NCBI GenBank assembly: GCA_034660675.1
Contig: JAYEJT010000125.1
Span: forward strand, 1-41,299
Length of the DNA stretch: 41,299 nt
Direction of reading: 5' to 3'
From: Elusimicrobiota bacterium
GTDB taxonomy: Bacteria > CG03
Below, in pieces: positions 8,660-16,805 of the stretch; the first letter of the stretch is position 1; every line of letters begins with the position of its first letter. The position numbers were made by a program, and so were the translations under genes. Under the pieces are notes generated by a model. That model searched no databases. It was not told the origin of the DNA and saw nothing but the letters and a program-made list of their open reading frames with translations.

Positions 8660-11209
8660 TTAACCCCTTTTCAAGCCTTTCATCTCGGCAAAATTAAGCC
8701 CTTTCTTCATATTAACTTTAAGCGGCACCGTCAGCTTGACGGCATTCTCCATAAGACCGCACGAAATTTTAGCAAATTTTTCGGCGTTTGACTCGTCAAT
8801 CTCAAAAAGCAGCTCGTCATGAACCTGAAGTATCATTACGGCTCCATATTCGTCAAGATGATGATATATATCAATCATCGCTTTTTTGATTATATCCGAG
8901 GACGTCCCCTGTATGGGCGTGTTTATCGCCGCGCGCCGGTCAAAAGGCGTTTTGCCGTACAAAATCCTCCGGCGGCCGAAAAGCGTTTCGGTGTAACCCC
9001 TGCCGAAAGCCGCTTCTGCGCTGTTTTTAACGTATTCTTTCACTCCGGGGAATATCTTCCAGTATTCCTCTATGATCCCGGCGGCCTCCTTACGCGAAAT
9101 CTCAAGATCCGCCGCAAGGCCGAAAGACGACATTCCGTAAACAATTCCGAAATTCACGGTCTTGGCAATACGGCGCTGTTCCCTGCTCACATCGTCTATG
9201 GGCGTGCCGAAAACGAGCGAAGCCGTAAAATTGTGGATATCCTCGTCTTCCGTAAAAGCTTCTATCAACCGGTCGTCGCCGCTAAAATGAGCCAGAACGC
9301 GAAGATCGATCTGGGAATAATCGCCCGAGAGAAAAGCTTTCCCCTCGTCGCAGACAAAAGCCCTCCTTATCTCTCCCGCCATTTCGCCGCGGGCCGGTAT
9401 GTTCTGCATGTTGGGCCGCGCCGAAGAAAGCCTTCCCGTTAAGGTTCCCGTGGAATTAAAAGTCGTGTGAATCCTGCCGTCCGGGCCCGCGAGCGCCGGC
9501 AGAGCGTCTGCATAAGTTGATTTCATCTTCGCGAGATGCCTGTATTTCAGAAGTTTACCGCAAATTGGATTTTCGGATGCAAGGTCCCGCAGCACCTCGG
9601 CATCGACCGATGCGCCGGTTTTCACCTTTTTCTTTGAAGTAAGCCCCAGCTTCTCAAAAAGTATGCGCCTCAGCTCCACATTTGAATTCACATTAAATTC
9701 CTCTCCCGCCAGCTCAAGAATCTCCCTGCGGATTCTCTCAATATCTTTTTCAAGAAAAACGGAGAAAGTTTCCAGCGTCGCACTGTCAAGCTTCACACCG
9801 TGAAATTCCATGTGGGCCAGCACCTTCGCCAGCGGTTTTTCCATGTCCCTGTAAATGGGCATCAAACCCATTTTGTCCGTTTTTTCAGACAAGGTCTTTT
9901 CAAGTTTAAACATAAGACCGGCCCCCACGGCAAAATCCTCTTTCTTCCCGGTTTCGGGAATATCCACGCCGAGAAATTTTGAAGCGAGCCTGACAACATC
10001 CTGCCGGGGCATAGAATCAATCACATAACCCATGAGAGAAAGATCGCATATTTCGTTTTTTACGGCTATATTCTCCCTGAGACAATAGCCCAAAATCCGC
10101 TTTGAATCATCAGTGACAATTTTAATTCCGGGATTGGAGAATATCGCCTCAATCTCCTTTTTATAGGACTGGCCGGCTCCGAAATCAAGCTCCGTCTGCA
10201 TGGTGTCGGCAAAACCCGTCTTGCCGCCTCCGGCAAAAGCTATTCCGTTCAGTTTTTTACCTTCCGCAAAACTGATTGCCACGGTGCCGCATTTTTTGAA
10301 GAACGAAAGATCTTCCGTGAAAACAAAACGTGAAATTTCCCGGGGCACCGATTCAGTGTCCGCTCCGCCGTATTCTTTTTTGAGGGAGGCGAAACCCCAT
10401 TTTTCGGAGAGTTTCACCACGTCCCCGGGCCTGATCTCCGTTTTCATGTCTTCGTCGTCAAGCGGCACGGGCAGATCCTTAAGCAGCGTCACGAGTTTTT
10501 TGGAAAGAAAAACATTCTCTCTTGACGCGACCAGTTTTTTCCGCAGAGACTCTTTCACCGAATCTATTTTTTCGTAAACGCTCTCTATGTTTCCGTATTC
10601 GCTTATGAGAGCTGTCGCGCCTTTCGGACCTATCCCCGCGGCTCCGGGTATGTTGTCCGATTTATCGCCTACCAGCGCCTGCCAGTCGCAAAACTGCCCG
10701 GGAGTAACTCCGTATTTCTCCGCAACCCCGGCAGCGTCCGTAATTATTTTTTTCTGCTCGTTTAAAATTCTAACATTGTCTCCCACAAGCTGGCAGAGAT
10801 CCTTATCCGCCGACACGATGTATATGTCATAATCGTCTTTGAATTTCCCGGCCATTGAGGCCGTCAGGTCATCCGCCTCGTATCCCGGGGCGGAGATTGA
10901 GGCTATCCCCAGTCCTTCCGTCACTCCTCTCATGTTTTTCATCTGAAAGACAAGAGTTTCGTCAGGAGGCGGCCTGTTTGCTTTGTACTCGGAGTATTCG
11001 CTGTGCCTGAAATTTTTCCCGGGAGAATCAAAAACGACGGCCATCCGTTCGGGCTTGTGCTTTTTCAGGATACCGAGAAGCATTCGCGAAAAACCAAACA
11101 GCGCACCCACAGGTTCGCCGCGGGGCGAAGAAAAAGGGGGAAGCGCGTGAAAAGCCCTGTGTATGTAATTGTTGCCGTCCACTATAAACAGTTTTTTTCT
11201 ATCGGTCAT
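8660..11209 (-). CDS. polA: DNA polymerase I
   Basis: N-terminal 5'-3' exonuclease (DGNNYIHRAFHA, YKANR, EADD), TGRLSS, motif A DYSQIDLR, motif B AKTVNFGIVYG, motif C LQVHDEL. The 3'-5' exonuclease region looks degenerate. Confidence 0.97.
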   Translation of the reverse strand: MTDRKKLFIVDGNNYIHRAFHALPPFSSPRGEPVGALFGFSRMLLGILKKHKPERMAVVFDSPGKNFRHSEYSEYKANRPPPDETLVFQMKNMRGVTEGLGIASISAPGYEADDLTASMAGKFKDDYDIYIVSADKDLCQLVGDNVRILNEQKKIITDAAGVAEKYGVTPGQFCDWQALVGDKSDNIPGAAGIGPKGATALISEYGNIESVYEKIDSVKESLRKKLVASRENVFLSKKLVTLLKDLPVPLDDEDMKTEIRPGDVVKLSEKWGFASLKKEYGGADTESVPREISRFVFTEDLSFFKKCGTVAISFAEGKKLNGIAFAGGGKTGFADTMQTELDFGAGQSYKKEIEAIFSNPGIKIVTDDSKRILGYCLRENIAVKNEICDLSLMGYVIDSMPRQDVVRLASKFLGVDIPETGKKEDFAVGAGLMFKLEKTLSEKTDKMGLMPIYRDMEKPLAKVLAHMEFHGVKLDSATLETFSVFLEKDIERIRREILELAGEEFNVNSNVELRRILFEKLGLTSKKKVKTGASVDAEVLRDLASENPICGKLLKYRHLAKMKSTYADALPALAGPDGRIHTTFNSTGTLTGRLSSARPNMQNIPARGEMAGEIRRAFVCDEGKAFLSGDYSQIDLRVLAHFSGDDRLIEAFTEDEDIHNFTASLVFGTPIDDVSREQRRIAKTVNFGIVYGMSSFGLAADLEISRKEAAGIIEEYWKIFPGVKEYVKNSAEAAFGRGYTETLFGRRRILYGKTPFDRRAAINTPIQGTSSDIIKKAMIDIYHHLDEYGAVMILQVHDELLFEIDESNAEKFAKISCGLMENAVKLTVPLKVNMKKGLNFAEMKGLKRG

Positions 11210-11987
11210 TTGTCTGCTCCTCCGCGCGCAGCGGGGTTTTCAATTCGTAACCGGTCAAAGCGGGTTTTTTGAACAGTTTCCTTATGCTGCTTCTGTACAC
11301 ATAAACCTCATAACCCATGAGCGCCAGAAACAGCGCCGTAAAAATATAGGAAAGGGCTCTGGCGAAAAATCTGGCTTTTATTTTTATATTAAAAACAAAT
11401 CTGCACAACAGGTAAGCGGCGCCCGCGATTAAGACAGATAGAATAATCGTATTCTTAGAATGATAAAAAAACACCGTCAGCACCGCGATTTTTGACGCGA
11501 AGAGCCGGCCAACCGACAGCCAGAACAAAACACCCGCGGCCATACCTGTCAGCTGATAGGGCAGAAAGGTTTTTATTTCTATTCCGCTTATACCGGCAAA
11601 AAGCATGATAAAAGGCCTTATGCCCAGGAAAAAAGGCCTCATTATAAAAACTTTTTTGTAGCCGTATATTTTGAAAAAAAGCGATATCTTCCTCATTCTT
11701 CTCCGGTTCACCACGATTTCGGCGTATTTTGAGGACAGTATCCGGGGGCCGTAGAAATATCCCGCGAAATAAGGCACCATATCGCTGATAAACGCTCCTA
11801 TAAAACAGAAAAAAAACATCGGGGCGATGTGCGCAATCGCCTGACTCGTCAGAAAACCCGCCGCAAGAAGCGTTATCTCCTCAGGAAGAGGAAAACCGCA
11901 GCCCGAAAGAATAAGGAGAATGAACACCCCTATATATGCAAACGATGAAAACAGCAGAATGAATTTTATCAGCAGACCGCCGCTCAT
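11199..11987 (-). CDS. DedA-family membrane protein
   Basis: GFPLPEEITLLAAG and GAFISD motifs with multiple TM segments. Start could be ATG 11987 or GTG 12005. Confidence 0.85.
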   Translation of the reverse strand: MSGGLLIKFILLFSSFAYIGVFILLILSGCGFPLPEEITLLAAGFLTSQAIAHIAPMFFFCFIGAFISDMVPYFAGYFYGPRILSSKYAEIVVNRRRMRKISLFFKIYGYKKVFIMRPFFLGIRPFIMLFAGISGIEIKTFLPYQLTGMAAGVLFWLSVGRLFASKIAVLTVFFYHSKNTIILSVLIAGAAYLLCRFVFNIKIKARFFARALSYIFTALFLALMGYEVYVYRSSIRKLFKKPALTGYELKTPLRAEEQTNDR

Positions 11988-12130
11988 AAAAAAGGGGACG
12001 TCCACAATTCTTTTATAAAGGAAGGCGCCATTTTATATCTCACCGCTTCTGCGTAAAATCGCAGGCCACGGCAAACAGCTTTTTCCGCTGAACACACCCC
12101 GCACCCCTCTTCTCTGATTAGCTCTATCAT
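11984..12130 (-). CDS. Possible 48-aa CxxC peptide upstream of dedA
   Basis: MIELIREEGCGVCSAEKAVCRGLRFYAEAVRYKMAPSFIKELWTSPFL*. Its stop overlaps the dedA ATG (ATGA). Not in the ORF track. Confidence 0.25.
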   Translation of the reverse strand: MIELIREEGCGVCSAEKAVCRGLRFYAEAVRYKMAPSFIKELWTSPFL

Positions 12131-12139
12131 AGTAAACAG

Positions 12140-12148
12140 AGTTTAACA
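12140..12148 (-). promoter_or_regulatory. Possible extended -10 promoter for the dedA-polA run
   Basis: TGtTAAACT, 9 nt upstream of ATG 12130. Confidence 0.3.
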
Positions 12149-12258
12149 TAAAATTTCCCGTTCAGGAATACCGAAGCGCAACGAAAAAAGAAATACACGG
12201 TATCGGTTGACAGTTGATTGCGCTTTTAGGAAAATCAATACTGAAAAGGAGAACAACC

Positions 12259-15200
12259 GTGCTGAAATTAGTTAAATATTTTATTGAAAGCAAAATTGCG
12301 GTAAACGTGTTTGTAACAGGCATGTTTTTACTGGGTATCGCCGCCATCAAAAACATACCGCGGGAAGGAATGCCCTCTATGGAAATGAACCAGATACAGA
12401 TCACAAGCGTGTATCCGGGCGCCGCCCCGGAAGATGTCGAACTCAATGTCACCTTACCTATTGAAGAAGCCCTGAGCGAAATCGCCGGTATAGATTATAT
12501 TGAATCGGCATCAGCGGATAACATGTCCTCCGTTTTCATCCAGCTTGATGAAACTTACTCAAAAAAAGAAATAGAGAACACGGTGCTGGATATAAGAAAA
12601 GCCGTGGACGCTATCAATGACCTGCCTGTTGAGATGAAGGATGATCCGCTGGTAAAAGAAATAAAAACAAGCGATGTCCCTGTTATAGAAATAGCCCTGT
12701 CACACGCCAATCACAAAATTCTGAGAAAAAAATCAAGGCAGCTCGAACTGGCTATTGAGAAAATACCCAACGTGTCAGGCGTTGATAAAATCGGTTATTT
12801 TGACAGGGAAATCCACATCGAGGCCGATCCCTCCGCTTTAAACGCAGCCTATTTTTCTCTGCAGGAAGTGGCCGAATCCATACGCAGGAGAAATATCAGA
12901 TCAACAGCAGGTACGCTGGAATCCTACAGAGGCCTGAAAAACATAATGATTCTGAACAAATTCAAAGACCCCATGGAAGTAAAAAATGTGATTCTGCGAA
13001 GCAATTTCGAGCAAAAAAGAGTCCGGTTGGGCAGTGTCGCAACCGTAAAATTGACAGAGGAAGATCACAAAATAAAAATAAGGAATAATGGCAAAAAAGG
13101 CATGTCCCTCATGATAAAGAAAAAATCCAATGCGGACATAATCAACACAATTAAAAACGTGAAAGCCGTAACAGCCGAAATCCTCGGAGACGAATTCTCT
13201 TATTCATATGTGAATGACCAGTCTAAAACAACAAGAATGAGGCTCCGCCTTCTGCTCAATAACGCTTTCGCCGGTTTTGTCATCGTTGGAATACTACTTT
13301 TCATCTTCCTTGACAAAAAAGCGGCCTTTTGGACCGCTTTCGGAATACCTTTTTGTTTTATCGCGGCCTTCTCCGTATTCCCGGCGCTTGATTTGACTTT
13401 CAGTTCAATTGCTCTGGCCGGCCTGATAGTCGTCCTCGGAATAGTTGTTGACGACGCAATAGTGATATCGGATAAAATCATCTCCAACCGCGAGCGCGGT
13501 CTCCAGCCGAAAGAAGCCGCCCTGACTGCGGTGAAAAATCTTCTCATACCGGTGACACTGTCCACTCTCACGACGGTCATGGCCTACCTCACGCTGATGT
13601 CTCTTGGAGGCCGGCCCGGTAAATTCATAACAGCCATACCCGTGATAGTGATAACAATACTAACCGTGTCGCTCATTGAATCTTTCTTTTTTCTTCCGCA
13701 TCACATTTCCGCGGGGAAAAACGCAGCCGCGAAAACAAAACCCGGATGGATGGTAAAAATGGAGAACTCCTACCGCAGATCGCTCAGCTTTGTCCTGAAA
13801 AACAAAACTCTTTTCCTTTTTTTTTCAGTCGCCATCCTGACGGCATCCGTGTTATCCGCCAAATTTTTCCTGAAATTCAAAATGTTTCCGCAGTCGGCAA
13901 TAGAAACATTCTATATCAAAGTGGAATGCCCTAATAATTACAACCTTGACGACACCGAAAGGGTTGTAAAAACCATTGAAAAAATAATAAGCAAACTGCC
14001 GGAAAAGGAACTGGAATCTTTCACATCCAGAATAGGCCATCATTCAACATCAAAAACAAAAAATTACGGGGATCACGAAAACTGGGCCATTGTAAATGTT
14101 TTCCTCACCCCCGACATAACCAGAAAAAGGACAGCCTCGCAAATAATAAAAAGTGTCAGGAAAAAATGTGCGGCACCCGACGGTACCCGCATATTTTACG
14201 AAACAAAAAAAGTGGGGCCCATACACGACAAAGCCGTTATGATACACCTCAGCTCCAACAATAAGAAAAGTTTAAATCAAGCTGTCAAAACCACAGGTAA
14301 AATTTTAAAAGATATGAAAAAACTCGGCATCGCCGACATAGACAATTCCAGAAAATCCGGTAAAGACGAGCTTGTTGTTAATATCAATCATAACAAACTG
14401 GCATCGCTGGGTATATCCACGGAAGAGGTGGCCCAGACATTAAGGATAGCCTACGAGGGGTATGTGGTTACCGACATGCAGACACTTGATGAAAAAATAG
14501 ATTACCGCCTTTTGCTCGACCCTGCCAGCAGAAAAAATGAAAAGGTGCTGAAAAATATCAGCATCAAAAATAAAGCCGGATATCTCGTGGCACTGGATAA
14601 TTTTATTCATTTTAACACAAGAACATCTGAACTTGAGATACTTCACCGCAACGGCATAAGAAGCGTCACCCTTTCCGCATCGCTGAGAAAAGCAAAAATA
14701 TCCGCCATTGAAGCGGCCCGCATAATCAAAAACCGTATAGACAGTTCAAAGACGATGCCCGGCGATGTAACCGTGGAAATAGCCGGTGAAGCGCTGAAAA
14801 CCAGAGTTATTTTAAAAGACATGAAAACGGCGGCCATGATTGCCGTGACCGGAATATTTCTGATACTCGCTTTGTTTCTGAATTCATGGAAAAACGCTTT
14901 GATAATAATAGCGGTCGTTCCTTTCAGTATCATCGGCATAATTGCCGCTCTTTTTATACACAGCCAGCCCATATCAATGTTCGTGATGCTCGCGGCTGTT
15001 GGGCTGAGCGGGGTGGTCGTAAATGATTCCATCGTTATGGCCGACACACTCGCCACCACCGGCGAAACCGGAATAGATCACACAACAGGCCTTGCCTCAC
15101 AAAGGTTAAGGCCTATACTGCTGACAACTTTGACAACTCTGGGCGGTCTTTTGCCCATGGCTTACGGGCTGGGCGGTTACGAGAAAATGATCTCCCCCAT

Positions 15201-15297
15201 GTCGCTGGCCTTCAGCTGGGGCCTCTTATTTTCAACGGCAATCACCTTATATCTCATCCCGCTTTTGTTTACCCTGTTTGCGGATAAGAAAAACTAA
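12259..15297 (+). CDS. RND-family efflux permease (AcrB-like)
   Basis: About 1012 aa with YPGAAPEDVE, GIVVDDAIV, GVVVNDSIV and RLRPILLTTLTT. Start set at GTG 12259 after AAGGAG. Confidence 0.92.
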   Translation: MLKLVKYFIESKIAVNVFVTGMFLLGIAAIKNIPREGMPSMEMNQIQITSVYPGAAPEDVELNVTLPIEEALSEIAGIDYIESASADNMSSVFIQLDETYSKKEIENTVLDIRKAVDAINDLPVEMKDDPLVKEIKTSDVPVIEIALSHANHKILRKKSRQLELAIEKIPNVSGVDKIGYFDREIHIEADPSALNAAYFSLQEVAESIRRRNIRSTAGTLESYRGLKNIMILNKFKDPMEVKNVILRSNFEQKRVRLGSVATVKLTEEDHKIKIRNNGKKGMSLMIKKKSNADIINTIKNVKAVTAEILGDEFSYSYVNDQSKTTRMRLRLLLNNAFAGFVIVGILLFIFLDKKAAFWTAFGIPFCFIAAFSVFPALDLTFSSIALAGLIVVLGIVVDDAIVISDKIISNRERGLQPKEAALTAVKNLLIPVTLSTLTTVMAYLTLMSLGGRPGKFITAIPVIVITILTVSLIESFFFLPHHISAGKNAAAKTKPGWMVKMENSYRRSLSFVLKNKTLFLFFSVAILTASVLSAKFFLKFKMFPQSAIETFYIKVECPNNYNLDDTERVVKTIEKIISKLPEKELESFTSRIGHHSTSKTKNYGDHENWAIVNVFLTPDITRKRTASQIIKSVRKKCAAPDGTRIFYETKKVGPIHDKAVMIHLSSNNKKSLNQAVKTTGKILKDMKKLGIADIDNSRKSGKDELVVNINHNKLASLGISTEEVAQTLRIAYEGYVVTDMQTLDEKIDYRLLLDPASRKNEKVLKNISIKNKAGYLVALDNFIHFNTRTSELEILHRNGIRSVTLSASLRKAKISAIEAARIIKNRIDSSKTMPGDVTVEIAGEALKTRVILKDMKTAAMIAVTGIFLILALFLNSWKNALIIIAVVPFSIIGIIAALFIHSQPISMFVMLAAVGLSGVVVNDSIVMADTLATTGETGIDHTTGLASQRLRPILLTTLTTLGGLLPMAYGLGGYEKMISPMSLAFSWGLLFSTAITLYLIPLLFTLFADKKN

Positions 15298-15324
15298 CAC
15301 CCTTCCCCCGATATTAGCTTTTAG

Positions 15325-15413
15325 TGGTATGACTTTCTCGCTTTTTGGTCGCTCTACGAGCTGAGATTATACGAATAATAGAATCATCTTCACGATAACA
15401 TGGTTACAATGAC
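15325..15413 (-). pseudogene. 3' remnant of a second brnT toxin gene
   Basis: About 90% identical by eye to 16477-16558. Translates CYREDDSIIRIISARRATKK and carries a 1-nt deletion and an 8-nt insertion. Confidence 0.85.
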
Positions 15414-15940
15414 TACCATAGATCTGGATTATTAAGAGAATCGACACATGCTATTGCGCCACCCCCGGGGAAAACAGCAGAATTCAGTTTCAGGGCCTGC
15501 CAGCCCTCAGGAAACTGTAGAGTATATTGGGGGATAAAATTTTTGGCCGGGTCTGTTTTAAAACCAAACCGGGAATAATATTGAGGATCGCCATAAACGA
15601 AAACAATAAATGAACCTGTGTTTGAAATGATATCTAAACCATACTTGACCAACGAGGAGCCAATTTTGTTTTTTTGAAATTCCGGAGATACAGCTAACGG
15701 GGCGAGAATATAACCAAAATGTTCATTAGTGCTTTCAAAAAAAACCGGGCTGAAGGCAATGTGGCCTACTATTTCATTATTCTCTATGGCAACAAGAGAA
15801 ATTATTTTAACAGGATGATCCTCGTTTAACAGATCAACTGCAACATCAGATACCAGCCGGGCCTCTGATTTGCCAAAAGCCCGGAGATACACATTCTTAA
15901 TGTTTTCTGCATCATCTATGGTTGCTTCTCTTATTTGCAT
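15413..15940 (-). CDS. GNAT N-acetyltransferase (YhbS-like)
   Basis: IVGHIAFSP, LAPLAVSPEFQKNKIGSSL and VYGDPQYYSRFGF. Confidence 0.9.
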   Translation of the reverse strand: MQIREATIDDAENIKNVYLRAFGKSEARLVSDVAVDLLNEDHPVKIISLVAIENNEIVGHIAFSPVFFESTNEHFGYILAPLAVSPEFQKNKIGSSLVKYGLDIISNTGSFIVFVYGDPQYYSRFGFKTDPAKNFIPQYTLQFPEGWQALKLNSAVFPGGGAIACVDSLNNPDLW

Positions 15941-16246
15941 AGGTTGCTATCAATATTATTAACACGCATGCTATATTTTTACCATTTTTGGCTTAAACAG
16001 CCAATATGTAGAATTATGATAAAGCGTAACCATATCGCAAATATCATATTTTCTGCCAAATTACGCATATTAACCGTGTGTTTGTTAATTGGCCAGACGC
16101 TGTTATTTTCGGTCGCTGGGCTCGAGATATTTGCCATTAAAGGATTTCGCGAAAGCGGCAATATCAGACGGACGTCCGGCGTGTTCTCATATCTTTCCCT
16201 CTTAAATACATAAAGTTTGCAAAAAGCAAACCTTTTTATACCGTCC

Positions 16247-16465
16247 CTATGACGCCCAGCGGAGAGTAATCTTGCGGTGAGATTGCACACAATCTCTCAA
16301 ATACAAATTGATCAGGTTCTGGTAGGGAATCCCCGTTTCACTGGCCAAAGATTTGAAGTAAGAAAGAATATCCACGCCCATCCTGATAGTAATTTGCTTT
16401 TTCAATCTCCGGGCATAGGGATTTTTGTGCCCTTTCATTTTGGAAAAATCATATTCTTTTTTCAT
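16247..16465 (-). CDS. brnA: BrnA-family antitoxin
   Basis: MKKEYDFSK...KKQITIR...YFK...GIPYQNLINLYLR. GGAGG RBS precedes ATG 16465. Confidence 0.88.
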   Translation of the reverse strand: MKKEYDFSKMKGHKNPYARRLKKQITIRMGVDILSYFKSLASETGIPYQNLINLYLRDCVQSHRKITLRWAS

Positions 16466-16466
16466 C

Positions 16467-16754
16467 TTAACCTCCATGGTATACCTTTCTCTCTTTTTTG
16501 GTCGCTTTACGCGCTGAGATTATACGAATAATCGAATCACCTTCACGATAACAATGACACACAACCAGAACACGAAGGCGAACACTCAATCCCACAAGGA
16601 TAAATCTTTTTTCATCTGCGGAATGCTCCGGATCAAAATATTCTATGGCGATATCATCGAAAAAAACTGTTTGCGCTTCCTCGAATGATATCCCGTGCCT
16701 TTTGCGGTTTATCCGGGTTTTACCCTCATCCCAAACAAACTTAAGTAATCCCAT
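16467..16754 (-). CDS. brnT: BrnT-family ribonuclease toxin
   Basis: FVWDEGK...NRKRHGISFEEA.TVF...IRIISARKAT. Confidence 0.92.
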   Translation of the reverse strand: MGLLKFVWDEGKTRINRKRHGISFEEAQTVFFDDIAIEYFDPEHSADEKRFILVGLSVRLRVLVVCHCYREGDSIIRIISARKATKKERKVYHGG

Positions 16755-16760
16755 ATTTAC

Positions 16761-16789
16761 AGTATAACTACATTGTAGTTATTTGTCAA
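16761..16789 (-). promoter_or_regulatory. Sigma70 promoter of brnTA with an overlapping palindromic operator
   Basis: TTGACA (16789-16784), 17 nt, TATACT (16766-16761). The inverted repeat ATAACTACA-A-TGTAGTTAT at 16764-16782 covers the spacer. ATG is 6 nt after the -10 box. Confidence 0.85.
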
Positions 16790-16805
16790 GGGCCCCCGAA
16801 CACTG

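Noticed and set aside
12207-12235. Promoter for the RND gene (TTGACA, 17 nt, GAAAAT)
   Set aside because: Perfect -35 but the -10 lacks the first T. Plausible, but too weak to call.
15935-16290. Two overlapping short ORFs between the GNAT and brnA
   Set aside because: No family motifs or RBS, and they overlap real genes. The plus-strand one has a hydrophobic stretch and might be a remnant, but this is unsupported.
15300-16800. GNAT and brnTA as integron cassettes
   Set aside because: No convincing attC (paired R and L boxes) after either gene.
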